Positions 16,350 to 26,366 of a DNA stretch of 64,000 nucleotides are shown here, in pieces. The position numbers and the translations under genes were made by a program. The stretch is taken from contig JADZEO010000071.1 in the NCBI GenBank assembly GCA_020850475.1, positions 19,712-83,711 on the forward strand, given 5' to 3'. The notes beneath the pieces were generated by a model. That model was given only the letters and a program-made list of their open reading frames with translations, was not told where the DNA came from and did no database searches. Positions within the stretch are counted from its first letter, which is position 1; each line of letters begins with the position of its first letter. Source of the DNA: Bdellovibrionales bacterium (GTDB lineage: Bacteria; Bdellovibrionota; Bdellovibrionia; Bdellovibrionales; UBA1609).

Positions 16350-17384
16350 CTATTTTTGATTGGAACTTTTAGGTACCGGCGTGAGTTGGTCGCTGTCCTT
16401 AGGATCATCCGCGGGGGGAGTCGACTCTTTGCCAAGAACGTGAACGTCCGGGGGCACACTAATTTCTTTGGGGTGCGCGGATTCTTTGAGGAGACCTTCT
16501 TTAATAAAGGTATCGCGAATCCGCGTCGAGAGTTCTTCGAGGTGCATAAATTCATCACCCTGACGAAGTTTGAGGATGCGGTCTTTGCCCTTCATGACGT
16601 CATCCAGGAACTTCTCAAATGCATAGAGTGGACCGGCGGTGCGGTGAGAAAGAATGCGGCCGATCAGGAACAGCATGACGAGAAACCCCAGACAGATGGA
16701 CATATAGGTCATCAAAAAGGGCGCCAAAAACTTCTGCTCGGCGACGGCGGGTGAGCCAATAATGATGTCATCGATCGTGACCTTGAGGTAGGTGTAAGAA
16801 AAGACCCCACTAATTCCGGCGAATCCCAAGCCTACAAACACCAGAATGAGACAGTACTTCCATTGGTAAATGGGGTTAATCCAGACTCGCTTGCGCTCGT
16901 TTTCGTTGGGCCAGATTTGGTTTCCTTCTTTGATCAGTGAGCCCACAATCATGAAATACCCAACCCACTGAATGGAGTCGGCAAAGTTAAACGCGGGACT
17001 GGCCCATCGCGGGCTCCCAAAGAGAACGAAATCAACGACCGAACCCCAGATGATACGATCGGTGACGTTGCCCAGGATGCCACCGAGGAGAATGGACATT
17101 CCTGCGCGCAGAACAAACGAGCGACGAGGCAAAAGGTATTGAATAGCCGCGTAAGTGAAAACTAAGAACGCGCCACCGGTGGACAGAGAAACCACGCGCA
17201 GAAGCGGCGGGAGATTAGAAAACGCACCGAGAATGGCGCCGGGATTTCGATGAATTACAAAGCCGAGAGGACCGTAGAACTGGAGATGAGTGATGAATTC
17301 GAGAGCCCAAGCCTTAGTAATGCGGTCGACAAACCACACGACAAAAACCAAACCAATAACGACGACCCAGTCACGTTTTCTCAC
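16350..17384 (-). CDS. lspA: lipoprotein signal peptidase II (LspA) fused to a C-terminal 2TM-HAMP module
   Basis: LspA motifs are present: VDRITKAWA, HRNPGAILGAF, GGILGNVTDRIIWGSVVDF, FNFADS. About 185 extra residues follow, with two TM segments and SHRTAGPLYAFEKFLDDVMKGKDRILKLRQGDEFMHLEELSTRI (HAMP pattern). Confidence 0.8.
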   Translation of the reverse strand: MRKRDWVVVIGLVFVVWFVDRITKAWALEFITHLQFYGPLGFVIHRNPGAILGAFSNLPPLLRVVSLSTGGAFLVFTYAAIQYLLPRRSFVLRAGMSILLGGILGNVTDRIIWGSVVDFVLFGSPRWASPAFNFADSIQWVGYFMIVGSLIKEGNQIWPNENERKRVWINPIYQWKYCLILVFVGLGFAGISGVFSYTYLKVTIDDIIIGSPAVAEQKFLAPFLMTYMSICLGFLVMLFLIGRILSHRTAGPLYAFEKFLDDVMKGKDRILKLRQGDEFMHLEELSTRIRDTFIKEGLLKESAHPKEISVPPDVHVLGKESTPPADDPKDSDQLTPVPKSSNQK

Positions 17385-17439
17385 AAGCCTTAGGATAACA
17401 AATCAGCGGGAAGATGATTACGATCAAATCGGCGTCTGG

Positions 17440-18378
17440 TCAGTTCCGGTCAAGAGTCGGGTCGGCGACAATGACTTGATTGCGACCTTGTTTTTTGGCT
17501 CGGTAGAGTGCGCGATCGGCCGCTGAAATCAAATCGGATGGGCGTTTGCAGTCCGCGTGTGAAGTTGCCGTTGCGACTCCGACACTCACGGTCAAGCGGA
17601 TCGGATCGCCCTGTGGAATGGCAAACTGCGCCTTGGCGACCGCCTCACGAATCGATTCGGCCCTTAGTCGGGACTGGGTGCCGTCGGTGTGGGGGAGAAG
17701 CATAGCAAACTCTTCTCCACCGTAGCGGCTGACCGTCTCGCCCTCGTGAATGCTGGAGGTGAGACGAACCGCCACTTCGCTCAAAACCTGATCGCCAGCC
17801 AGGTGACCGAAATCATCATTGACGGCCTTAAAGTTATCAATATCGATCATCAATAAACTGAGCGGAATCGATTTGCCAACATCTCGGCGCCACAGCTCGT
17901 GCAGTCTCTCCTGGAAAAATCGATGATTGCTCAATCCTGTAACAGGGTCCGTAATGGCGAGTTGGCGCAGGCGATTTTTCTCTAAAAGAGTCCCGTGAGT
18001 GGTCACTGCCTCTTGAATTTGAATTCGTAGGTAATCATTATCCCACGGTTTGAGGATGAGGCGGTGGATGTCACCGCGGTTGAGAGCCTCAGAAATTTGT
18101 CGCAACTCAATCTGGCCGCTGAGGATGGCCCGCACGGCATTGGGTACGACCGTTCGACTGCGCTGGAGAAAATCAATTCCCGACATGCCCTGCATATATT
18201 GATCACTCAAGATGACACCAACGTCAGGATGAGCTTCCAAAAGCTTGAGAGCTTCCGCCCCTGAGGTTGCGGTGAGGACTTCGAAGTTTTCCCGGAGCAA
18301 ACGGCGGAGGGCCTCAACCACACTGGTTTCGTCATCAACGCAAAGAATTTTAATTTTGTTCACTCTTGAGTTGCCCAC
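17440..18378 (-). CDS. response regulator receiver-GGDEF diguanylate cyclase
   Basis: REC domain (ILCVDDE...ILSDQYMQGMSGIDF...KPW). GGDEF domain with an intact GGEEF site (RYGGEEFAMLL) and ALYRAKKQGRNQ. Confidence 0.88.
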   Translation of the reverse strand: MGNSRVNKIKILCVDDETSVVEALRRLLRENFEVLTATSGAEALKLLEAHPDVGVILSDQYMQGMSGIDFLQRSRTVVPNAVRAILSGQIELRQISEALNRGDIHRLILKPWDNDYLRIQIQEAVTTHGTLLEKNRLRQLAITDPVTGLSNHRFFQERLHELWRRDVGKSIPLSLLMIDIDNFKAVNDDFGHLAGDQVLSEVAVRLTSSIHEGETVSRYGGEEFAMLLPHTDGTQSRLRAESIREAVAKAQFAIPQGDPIRLTVSVGVATATSHADCKRPSDLISAADRALYRAKKQGRNQVIVADPTLDRN

Positions 18379-18388
18379 CGCAATACCA

Positions 18389-19891
18389 CTATTTTTTGTA
18401 GACCCGAATCAACGGGCTAAAATCACCATTCAAGGGTGGCGTGTAATCCTGAACTCGTCGATTGACCACCGCGACTTGCCCATCGTACCAAAGTGGAATC
18501 AGCGGGAGATCATCCAGTACGATTTTCTGGACCTTTTTGTAGTGCTCGATGCGACGAGAGTCATCGGCGAGGCGCAGCCCAGCATCGAGGAGCAAGTCGA
18601 GTTCAGGATTCAAATAGTGGCCGCGGTTGCGGCCGGGTGGCTTTTCCGACGAGTGCAAGGCGATACGGTAGATGTCCGGGTCGAGAGCACCCAGCCAACG
18701 CATGGTTGCCAACTGAAAGTTGCCGGTTCGAACATCATCATAAAAGGTGCCCCACTCAAAGCTGCGCAGTTCGACCTTGAGACCAATTTTACTCAATTGA
18801 TTGGCGAGCACCTTTCCCGTGTCGATTGCCGCCGGATTGTTAGAAGTTTTCAAAATCAACGTGGCACCCTTGGCCCCACTTTCAGCGACGAGCTGCTGCG
18901 CCAAACCCACATCATATGGGAGATTCTTAAGTTCAAGGTTAAAAAATCGATTGGCGGGAGTCAAAATCGAGGTGGCTTCGGTCGCCAGACTTTCCAATTT
19001 GTATTTGATGATCTCTTGCCGTTGTAAAGCGCGCGCCAAGGCTTGGCGAACCTTCAATTGTTTGAGCAGTGGATCTTGCAGATTGACCAAAAGATAGGTC
19101 ATCGAAAGCCCAGAATACTTGAATACCTGAAACTTCTCCGGATGTTTTTCAAAGACGATGACTTTTGAGAGTGGCAGTTCAGCTTGGGCGATGTCGATCG
19201 ATCCCTTATAGGTTTTCTGAAATCGCGTGAGATCATCGCGAATGATTTTGAACACCACTCTCTTGGTTTTTGGCGGAGCAAAAGGGTGATCGGTTCGAGC
19301 TCGAAAGATAATTTCAGTGGCGGTCTGATTTTCGAGGACAAAACTGCCGGTGCCGAGGAGAATTTGCCCAAAGTTCTCTCCGGCTTTTTGCAATTCTTGT
19401 TTTGGTAGGATCTTTACCGCCGGGAGATCCGAGACCAGCAACTTAGCCGAGTAATCATGCAAGGAGACTTTTACGATCAGGCGGGGGCCGTCCACTTTGG
19501 CATCGACTCGTTTGATGAGATCAAGGGCGGTCCGAAAAGGATTGTTCTCCAGGCGATACTGTTCAAAGGAAAACAAAATGTCCTCTGGCAAAACCGCGCG
19601 GCCATTGGAGAAGGTGAGATGGGGGCGCAGTCGAAAGGTCGCCTCGGTGCCATGGTACTCCCAACTTTCCGCGGCATCTCCGGTGAGTCGCAGGTCGCTC
19701 CCCACTTTCACCAAGGAGTTAAACAACAGCTGACTCATTCTCATTCCGGTGGCGTCGGTCGCAAAGCGGGGATCAAGGGTCGAGGGCCCGGCGGCAAGGG
19801 CAAAGTAAATCGTTTCAGGATCGGACTCCGGCGCGCCGGAACAGGACCAAAGCAGAAGGAAGACGGGAAGAATCCCAATTGCGCGACGCAT
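18389..19891 (-). CDS. ABC transporter substrate-binding lipoprotein, family 5 (peptide/nickel type)
   Basis: ORF 18389..19924. The internal ATG at 19891 gives MRRAIGILPVFLLLWSC (lipobox). The body resembles DppA/OppA-type binding proteins (LDPRFATDATG..., LLVNL...). No permease or ATPase genes are adjacent. Confidence 0.75.
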   Translation of the reverse strand: MRRAIGILPVFLLLWSCSGAPESDPETIYFALAAGPSTLDPRFATDATGMRMSQLLFNSLVKVGSDLRLTGDAAESWEYHGTEATFRLRPHLTFSNGRAVLPEDILFSFEQYRLENNPFRTALDLIKRVDAKVDGPRLIVKVSLHDYSAKLLVSDLPAVKILPKQELQKAGENFGQILLGTGSFVLENQTATEIIFRARTDHPFAPPKTKRVVFKIIRDDLTRFQKTYKGSIDIAQAELPLSKVIVFEKHPEKFQVFKYSGLSMTYLLVNLQDPLLKQLKVRQALARALQRQEIIKYKLESLATEATSILTPANRFFNLELKNLPYDVGLAQQLVAESGAKGATLILKTSNNPAAIDTGKVLANQLSKIGLKVELRSFEWGTFYDDVRTGNFQLATMRWLGALDPDIYRIALHSSEKPPGRNRGHYLNPELDLLLDAGLRLADDSRRIEHYKKVQKIVLDDLPLIPLWYDGQVAVVNRRVQDYTPPLNGDFSPLIRVYKK

Positions 19892-19959
19892 TTTGTTCAC
19901 CAGAGACCCGGGTGTTGGTATCATTTTTCCTACCTAATACGATTTCTCGCGAAGGTAAT

Positions 19960-21408
19960 ATGATCCATATGATGATGCAACTCCCGATCCTAATTTGCTT
20001 GATGGTGATTTTGACGTGGTCGGCACCCGCCAAGTCCGGCGAAGTGGCCACTGAACTTCGTCAGCGCCTTGATCAGCGTGTTGCTAAATCTGGACTCAAA
20101 AAAGAGGAGCTGGGACTGTTGGCGATCCTCCATGAAGAGGGCCAGTCGAGCGTGGTGCTAGAGGCGTTTCGAGACCGCCTGATGATCCCGGCCTCACTCA
20201 CTAAGATTCTGACCGCTGGGATGAGTTTGGAAAAATACCCTCCAGGGCACAAATTCTACACCGATCTCCTGAGTGACGGAAAGATCGACGAAACTTTGTT
20301 GCGCGGGGATCTTTACCTCAAGGGAGGCGGTGACCCTGGCTTTGTTTCAGAATCAATGTGGTTTTTAGTTAATGAGTTTTATCGTACGGGAGTTAAAAAG
20401 ATCGACGGGGATATCATTGTCGATGACACTCGCTTCGACGGAGAGCGCTTTCACGAAGGCCGCGACCCGAGTCGGGTGGACCGGGCCTATGATGCGCCGA
20501 TCGGGGCCATGTCGTTTAACTGGAACAGCATCAACATCTATGTGCGGCCTGCGGCCAAGTCGGGATTGCCGGCAAAAGTCTTCGCCGATCCCGAGAACAG
20601 TTACATTACGGTGATTAACAAAACCACAACGGGCAAGAGTGGGAGTCGCAAGGACTTGCGGGCCGAGCGAAAAGCCAATGGCGCTAATGGTGACACGATT
20701 ATTGTCGATGGCAGCCTTGCGGTCGACGCACCCGAGGCGGTGATTTACAAAGGCATTCTTCAGCCGGATGTTTGGTCGGGCACTCATTTGAGGGCGTTTT
20801 TGCAACGTCGAGGAATTGTGGTGACCGGTGAGGTTAAGACGGGGGCAACGCCGCCCAAGGCGGCGCTCTTGGCGCGGGCGGAGAGCAAGCCCATCAGCCA
20901 ACTCGTGACCGACATGATGAAGTTTTCCAACAACTACGTGGCTGAGATGTTGACGAAGAATTTGGCGGTCGAAAACAAGGGCGAGCCGGGCACGATGACC
21001 AACGGGCTTAAGTCGCTGGGGGATTACTTGGTGGAAAAGGGTTTTAAAGATAAATTTGAAATCACCAGTCCTTCGGGGCTCTCGCGAGCCAATCGGTTGA
21101 CGCCGGCTCATCTGCATCGAGTTTTAGAAGACTTGCGCAAGAATTTTTCAGTTTTTAGCGAATTCATTTCTTCCTTACCGATTGCCGGTATCGACGGCAC
21201 TTTGAAGTCGCGCATGGAGAAGCCGCCGGCGAAAGGCTGGGTGCGGGCAAAGACCGGGCTACTCACCGGAGTCGCAGGACTGGCGGGCTATGCGGGACGT
21301 CCCGATGGGGGCCAGGTGACATTTGTATTTCTCTATAACGGCCGCCCCGACCACACTGTCTCAGCTCGAGACCTTTTTGATCAACTTGCAACAGAACTGG
21401 TACAATAA
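19960..21408 (+). CDS. dacB: D-alanyl-D-alanine carboxypeptidase/endopeptidase, PBP4 family
   Basis: SxxK (PASLTKILT), SNN (KFSNNYVAE) and KTG (RAKTGLLTG) motifs. The start is the ATG at 19960 (MIHMMMQLPILICLMVILTWSAPA, a signal peptide). Confidence 0.85.
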   Translation: MIHMMMQLPILICLMVILTWSAPAKSGEVATELRQRLDQRVAKSGLKKEELGLLAILHEEGQSSVVLEAFRDRLMIPASLTKILTAGMSLEKYPPGHKFYTDLLSDGKIDETLLRGDLYLKGGGDPGFVSESMWFLVNEFYRTGVKKIDGDIIVDDTRFDGERFHEGRDPSRVDRAYDAPIGAMSFNWNSINIYVRPAAKSGLPAKVFADPENSYITVINKTTTGKSGSRKDLRAERKANGANGDTIIVDGSLAVDAPEAVIYKGILQPDVWSGTHLRAFLQRRGIVVTGEVKTGATPPKAALLARAESKPISQLVTDMMKFSNNYVAEMLTKNLAVENKGEPGTMTNGLKSLGDYLVEKGFKDKFEITSPSGLSRANRLTPAHLHRVLEDLRKNFSVFSEFISSLPIAGIDGTLKSRMEKPPAKGWVRAKTGLLTGVAGLAGYAGRPDGGQVTFVFLYNGRPDHTVSARDLFDQLATELVQ

Positions 21409-22961
21409 TGAGAGTGACAAAATTCTACTCGCAGTTTTTTTCATGGCTTCTGGTAATGGGCGCCATATTGACTCTTTCGGGAAGCTTCTTGGCGAACTCA
21501 TCGCCCTTGGATGGTGATCCGGAAGCGGCGATTTTTCTTAATGAGCCACCGACGGAGGAGCCTCCTTCAGACGAGACCAACGAAGACGACGCTCCCGTGG
21601 CCGTCGACGAAATGGAGCCCAATATTCCCATCCCCGGCGATCGGCCTTGGGAGCCGCCCAACTACGCCGGCCAAGCCAACGCCCTCGGATACCAACCTGC
21701 CACTTTCACGGTTCCCGCCGGAATGGAAGAGCGAGTGGCGTTTTGGGTGGATATCTACACTCAATACTCCACGAATCAGGGAATTTTGCACGATAGCAAG
21801 TATATTAATCTCATCTATGAGAAGCTCGACTTCTCAGACATCCAAGCGCGCGCCGATTTGACTGACAATCAAAAAGTTCGGGCCCGCCGAGCGCGAGTCA
21901 AAGACACCAAGAAGATGATTAAGGAGCGCCTGCTCAAGCTGAGTAAATTGAGTGAGGCAACGGGGCTGGAGGGTGAGGATCTCCGTTACTGGAATTTATT
22001 TGAAAAGGTTGAAGGTAAAGACCGCTTCAAGGAGGCCACTCACCGCAAGCGCTTGCGCTTTCAGTTGGGACAAAGTGATCGCTTTGCCCAGGGGATTCAC
22101 TACTCCGGGCGATACCTGCGGCAGATGGAGGGCATCTTTCGTGAAGAGGGTTTGCCGATCGAGCTGACCCGGCTGCCATTTGTAGAAAGCAGCTTTAATC
22201 TGAAGGCCCGTTCGCGAGTTGGGGCGTCGGGCATTTGGCAATTTATGCCTTACACTGGACGCCAATTTTTGAAGATGAATTTTTCCGTTGATGAGCGCAA
22301 CGACCCACTGAAGGCAACGCGCGCCGCCGCTCGCTTGTTTAAGATAAATTACAGCATGCTAGAAACCTGGCCCCTCGCAGTGACTGCTTACAACCACGGT
22401 CCGGCCGGCATGAGGCGTCTGGTGCAGAAGGAGAACACCAACAATCTCGCGGAACTCCTCGACGTGCGCAAAGGGCGATTTGGATTTGCCTCAGCAAACT
22501 TTTATGCCTGCTTTCTTGCGGCTCTGGAAATTGAGCGCAATGCTAAAAAATACTTTCCCAATGCGATGTGGATGGCCGAGCACAAGCGCGAGGCTATTCA
22601 ACTGGATCGCAATGTCAGTAACCAAGGGCTACTGGAGCTTTTTGGTGGAGACGTCGACAGGGCAGAATTTTTTAATCCGCACATTCACTCATTTGTGTGG
22701 CGGGGCTGGCGAGTGGTGCAGCAAAATAGCGAGATTTATGTCCCCATGGGTGAGCGGGAACCGGCGATGGTAAAGATCGCGTCCTTGAAAGATCAAAAGC
22801 CCCAGCGCATGGAAGGTGAGACCTATCGAGTGCAAAGTGGCGATACGTTGAGTGACATTGCGTCGCGCTTTGGTGTCACGGTGCATGCGATTGTAAATGC
22901 CAATGAAATTGCCAATCCGCGAGCTCTACGCGCTGGACAAAAGTTAACCATTCCAAAATAA
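21408..22961 (+). CDS. lytic murein transglycosylase (SLT domain) with C-terminal LysM, MltD-like
   Basis: Catalytic LPFVESSFNLKARSRVGASGIWQFMPYTG. C-terminal LysM YRVQSGDTLSDIASRFGVTVHAIVNANEI...GQKLTIP. TAATG overlap with dacB. Confidence 0.82.
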   Translation: MRVTKFYSQFFSWLLVMGAILTLSGSFLANSSPLDGDPEAAIFLNEPPTEEPPSDETNEDDAPVAVDEMEPNIPIPGDRPWEPPNYAGQANALGYQPATFTVPAGMEERVAFWVDIYTQYSTNQGILHDSKYINLIYEKLDFSDIQARADLTDNQKVRARRARVKDTKKMIKERLLKLSKLSEATGLEGEDLRYWNLFEKVEGKDRFKEATHRKRLRFQLGQSDRFAQGIHYSGRYLRQMEGIFREEGLPIELTRLPFVESSFNLKARSRVGASGIWQFMPYTGRQFLKMNFSVDERNDPLKATRAAARLFKINYSMLETWPLAVTAYNHGPAGMRRLVQKENTNNLAELLDVRKGRFGFASANFYACFLAALEIERNAKKYFPNAMWMAEHKREAIQLDRNVSNQGLLELFGGDVDRAEFFNPHIHSFVWRGWRVVQQNSEIYVPMGEREPAMVKIASLKDQKPQRMEGETYRVQSGDTLSDIASRFGVTVHAIVNANEIANPRALRAGQKLTIPK

Positions 22962-23052
22962 GTTGCTCGCTCCATTGGGTTGCGAGACGATGGCGTGCAG
23001 ACTATTTTCATGGGTCGCTTAGACCTTTTGATGCAACAAGGAGTAATCTTGT

Positions 23053-23442
23053 ATGAAAGCACTCGCATTGATTTTAACTTTGGCATTTGCCCAGCTCAGC
23101 TCAGCCCAAAATGTGGACGTTAAGGACGTTAACGCGGGCGACGCCGAAACCACTACCATAGAAATTCGCAAAGGCAAAAAGGCTGAAGAAGCTGCCAAAG
23201 ACTTGACCTGGGAAGTGGTCGAAGGCACGGCGGATATTGAGGGTGACGAGGCGCCCATGGCTCGAGCCGCAAAACAAAAGTGGAAAGATGCCTGCAAGAC
23301 CTGGGAAAAAGATTTCCGCAATGACAACAAGGAAAATAAAATTCTGGCTGTCAATTGTGGCAAACCCACTTGCCAAGGCCAAGCGGGCAGCACGGTCTGC
23401 ACCTCACAAGCAACTTACAAAATGAAGACGAAGCTCAACTAA
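23053..23442 (+). CDS. small secreted protein, 4 Cys in C-terminal half
   Basis: Signal peptide MKALALILTLAFAQLSSAQ. No recognised domain. Confidence 0.55.
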   Translation: MKALALILTLAFAQLSSAQNVDVKDVNAGDAETTTIEIRKGKKAEEAAKDLTWEVVEGTADIEGDEAPMARAAKQKWKDACKTWEKDFRNDNKENKILAVNCGKPTCQGQAGSTVCTSQATYKMKTKLN

Positions 23443-23461
23443 CGAGCCGCGGCCTCACGAT

Positions 23462-23995
23462 TCAGATGAGGCCCTCAACTTGCGCGATGTAGGGAATATT
23501 GCGGAAGTAGCCCTGATAGTCGAGGCCGTAGCCGACGACAAACTCGTCGGGGATTTCGAAGCCAATATGATCGACGTGGCATTCGACTTTTAGGCAGGAC
23601 GGTTTCAGCAAGAGCGCGCAAGTTGTAAGGCTTTTGGGCTTGCGGGCAGCTAAGGTTTTTTGCAGGTAATTCATGGTGAGCCCGGTGTCGACAATGTCTT
23701 CAACCAGCAAGACATGCTTGTCTTCGATGGGACTGTGGAGGTCCAGGGTAAGGCGAACTTCGCCGGAGCTGCGACTCGAGTTTTGATAGCTCGAGACCCC
23801 AAAAAATTCACTGACGACGTCGGCGTTAATTTCGCGGATGAGATCTGCATAAAACATGAAAGATCCCTTGAGGACGCAAATCGCGACGACTTCTTTGCCT
23901 TTATACTTGTCGGAAAGAGCGCGACCAATCTCGCGCACCTTAACACTCAGGGCTTCTTCAGAAATCAATTCAGTCAGCTTGAGCTGTGACGGCAT
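23462..23995 (-). CDS. hpt: hypoxanthine phosphoribosyltransferase
   Basis: PRPP-binding motif VLLVEDIVDTGLT, with typical flanks (VVAICVLKGSFMFYADL..., VVGYGLDY). Start at the internal ATG 23995 (MPSQLKLTELIS). Confidence 0.88.
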   Translation of the reverse strand: MPSQLKLTELISEEALSVKVREIGRALSDKYKGKEVVAICVLKGSFMFYADLIREINADVVSEFFGVSSYQNSSRSSGEVRLTLDLHSPIEDKHVLLVEDIVDTGLTMNYLQKTLAARKPKSLTTCALLLKPSCLKVECHVDHIGFEIPDEFVVGYGLDYQGYFRNIPYIAQVEGLI

Positions 23996-24109
23996 GGCGT
24001 CCTCCCATCGGGGCGAATAATGAAGCGCAATACTGCCACTAAGGAGCTGGGAATTCAAGCTGTGGGCCCGGATTCTAGGGCCCATCTCGCTATATCTTGG
24101 CGGATGGGC

Positions 24110-24754
24110 TTACAAACTGGCGGTTGGTCCCTCGGAAGAGGGAGTGGCGAGCGTTCGCTGGCGAGTTTGACCCAACCGAAGGCTCAGATCTGGGTCAAAA
24201 TGGGTGCGGCAACGGGCCTCGTAAGCTTCATGCGACCCGACGAGGATATCGTTGTGAGCGGCCACCAGGCGCTGGGTGCGAACCGCGGGTTCGCCGCAGA
24301 CCATACAAATGGCGAATTGCTTTCGAATCACCTCGGCGGTTGCCATCAACTGGGGGATGGGGCCAAAGGGCTGTCCCTTCCAGTCGGTATCAAGTCCAGC
24401 AACCAAAACGCGTTTGCCCGCATCCGCCAAAATGGAAGCAATCTCCACGAGACCCGAGTCAAAGAACTGCCCCTCATCAATGCCGACGACTTCGGTGTTC
24501 TTTTCGACCAGACTCAGAATTTCTTCGGACTTGCGGACAATTTGCGAGGGGAACAGGGCCTGATTGTGTGAGGCAACGTGATCCGCAGAGTATCGATCAT
24601 CGATGGCCGGTTTAAAAACTTGAATTTTCATCTTGGCGTATTGAGCGCGCCGCAGTTGGCGAATGAGTTCTTCGGTTTTGCCACTGAACATACAGCCGAC
24701 AATCATTTCAACCCATCCTGGGCGAAAGCGATGGCGCGTGAAGGGGTCAGTCAA
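24110..24754 (-). CDS. tdk: thymidine kinase
   Basis: P-loop GCMFSGKTEELI, IGIDEGQFF, and a zinc-ribbon-like CMVCGEPA...RC. Confidence 0.88.
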   Translation of the reverse strand: MTDPFTRHRFRPGWVEMIVGCMFSGKTEELIRQLRRAQYAKMKIQVFKPAIDDRYSADHVASHNQALFPSQIVRKSEEILSLVEKNTEVVGIDEGQFFDSGLVEIASILADAGKRVLVAGLDTDWKGQPFGPIPQLMATAEVIRKQFAICMVCGEPAVRTQRLVAAHNDILVGSHEAYEARCRTHFDPDLSLRLGQTRQRTLATPSSEGPTASL

Positions 24755-25005
24755 AGTCCTACTCCTTGGTCGAATCCACAGTGATCAACCCAGTTGAGTT
24801 AACCAGTGGCTCTGTTTTGACATCTTAGGTACTCCCTATTTTTAGGACACAAGCAGGGAAAGTTTCAAGAAAACACCTCTTTTTTGTGGGTCGTCAAAAG
24901 ATCTTGGGTTTTGGCCACTCACCCGGTGGATCCCGGTATCCTATTGATTTGTTTGGCGGGTAAACCATTTGTTGGGTGGACCGCCAATGTGGCGGGCGCT
25001 CGCAC

Positions 25006-26244
25006 TTAGAGTTCGGCATCCCTTAGAATTCGTTCCAGTTGTTGAAGTTCCTCGCGGCTCAGTTGGGCGCTATTACCCCACTCGCGAAAAAGTGCGGCAA
25101 TCTTAAGCATTTCATTTTTAAGGGCTTGGCGAACCACCGAAATTCGACTGGTATCGACGTATTGATTGTCCTTGCGTGGCCGGTACTCCGATACCTCGAG
25201 CCAAGCTTTGCGGGCCAGCAAGGGTAGGGCGCGATCTTCAGGCAGGCGGTCCATCCAATGAACGAGTTCCAGGCTGCGCTGTCGTCCGAGTGTAACATCG
25301 ATGAGGTAGAGAACATTTGATACCAATTCCGAGTTGGCGTGGCTCAGATTGAGGTCGGGCATCAACAGGTGCAATTGCCTTACGTAAGGATGACTGAGGC
25401 TGCGAACTCCTACGGAATTAATGTGTTCACGACGACCGGTGCTGCTCACAATTGTCTGGCGAAGCTCGTGGGGCCACAACAAGTGAGTGCGACCCGTAAC
25501 CAAATAAGTGAGGAAATCGGCCCGACCTTCGACCCACACGGTGCTGCGATGGGAATTGGGCGGCTCGGTAGCGTGAGCAAATTCGTGGGTAATCGAAAAT
25601 TCATGATCAAGAGTGTGGACTTTGGCTGTCAAAAAAGGCAGGCCCATATAGATGGTTTCCCTCGGGTTCTCTCCGGATCCCGCTGACCACGGGCGCAGAG
25701 ACTTGCGGGAGACAAAAAAACCGGGAATCTCAAATGCGCAGGCCAGAGTCGAAACCATTGGCCCGCGGTCGGACAGGGGCAGACTGGTTAGAACCGAGCC
25801 CGAGGTGTTGGCACTCAAGCGCCAAGTGGATCCGCGGTGGGCATCGACGATCATTTGAATATGGCGAGGAAAGGTGAATCCCAAATCCTCAAAGGCCCGC
25901 TTGAGGCGGTGGGCCGTGGCGACCGTGGTGTCGAGTAACTCGCGCGGCGAGCGCAGATTGTTCTGATCACCACGCGACGCAATCCGCACACTAAAATCGG
26001 CATCGTGGTAAGCAGGACGCAGGCGAGAAATCCACACTGGGAGGTTGTCTCGTATGAACTCGAACCAGCTGTGACCCTCGGCAGAATCGGAGGAACCCTC
26101 GCGCACTGACTGCCGACAATCGGAGGCCAGGGCGGTGGATGCCCCAAGCCCCACGACCAAGGCTAAACCCGTTGAGATGATTAGGGTTTTGACAGGCTGA
26201 CTAAATTTGCGGATTCGGCGCTTCATGGGGACTATAGGCCTCAA
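25006..26244 (-). CDS. secreted hypothetical protein with HExxH/E gluzincin-like motif
   Basis: Signal-like N-terminus (KTLIISTGLALVVGLGASTALA). HEFAH followed 14 residues later by WVEGRADF. The start could be the ATG at 26226. Confidence 0.6.
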   Translation of the reverse strand: MRPIVPMKRRIRKFSQPVKTLIISTGLALVVGLGASTALASDCRQSVREGSSDSAEGHSWFEFIRDNLPVWISRLRPAYHDADFSVRIASRGDQNNLRSPRELLDTTVATAHRLKRAFEDLGFTFPRHIQMIVDAHRGSTWRLSANTSGSVLTSLPLSDRGPMVSTLACAFEIPGFFVSRKSLRPWSAGSGENPRETIYMGLPFLTAKVHTLDHEFSITHEFAHATEPPNSHRSTVWVEGRADFLTYLVTGRTHLLWPHELRQTIVSSTGRREHINSVGVRSLSHPYVRQLHLLMPDLNLSHANSELVSNVLYLIDVTLGRQRSLELVHWMDRLPEDRALPLLARKAWLEVSEYRPRKDNQYVDTSRISVVRQALKNEMLKIAALFREWGNSAQLSREELQQLERILRDAEL

Positions 26245-26314
26245 TAAAAATCAATTGGACAAAAGACGGCTCGACCCATGAGTCGAATTCAATTGTCATT
26301 CCACTGGCGGGTGA

Positions 26315-26342
26315 TTGCATTCTCGGGTGACTTTTCTAGAAT
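26315..26342 (+). promoter_or_regulatory. sigma70-like promoter for bcp (TTGCAT-N16-TAGAAT)
   Basis: TTGCAT at 26315..26320, a 16-nt spacer, TAGAAT at 26337..26342. AGGAGGA RBS at 26356..26362 and ATG at 26367. This argues against the ORF-track start at 26346. Confidence 0.5.
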
Positions 26343-26366
26343 GAAATGAACCGACAGGAGGACTTC

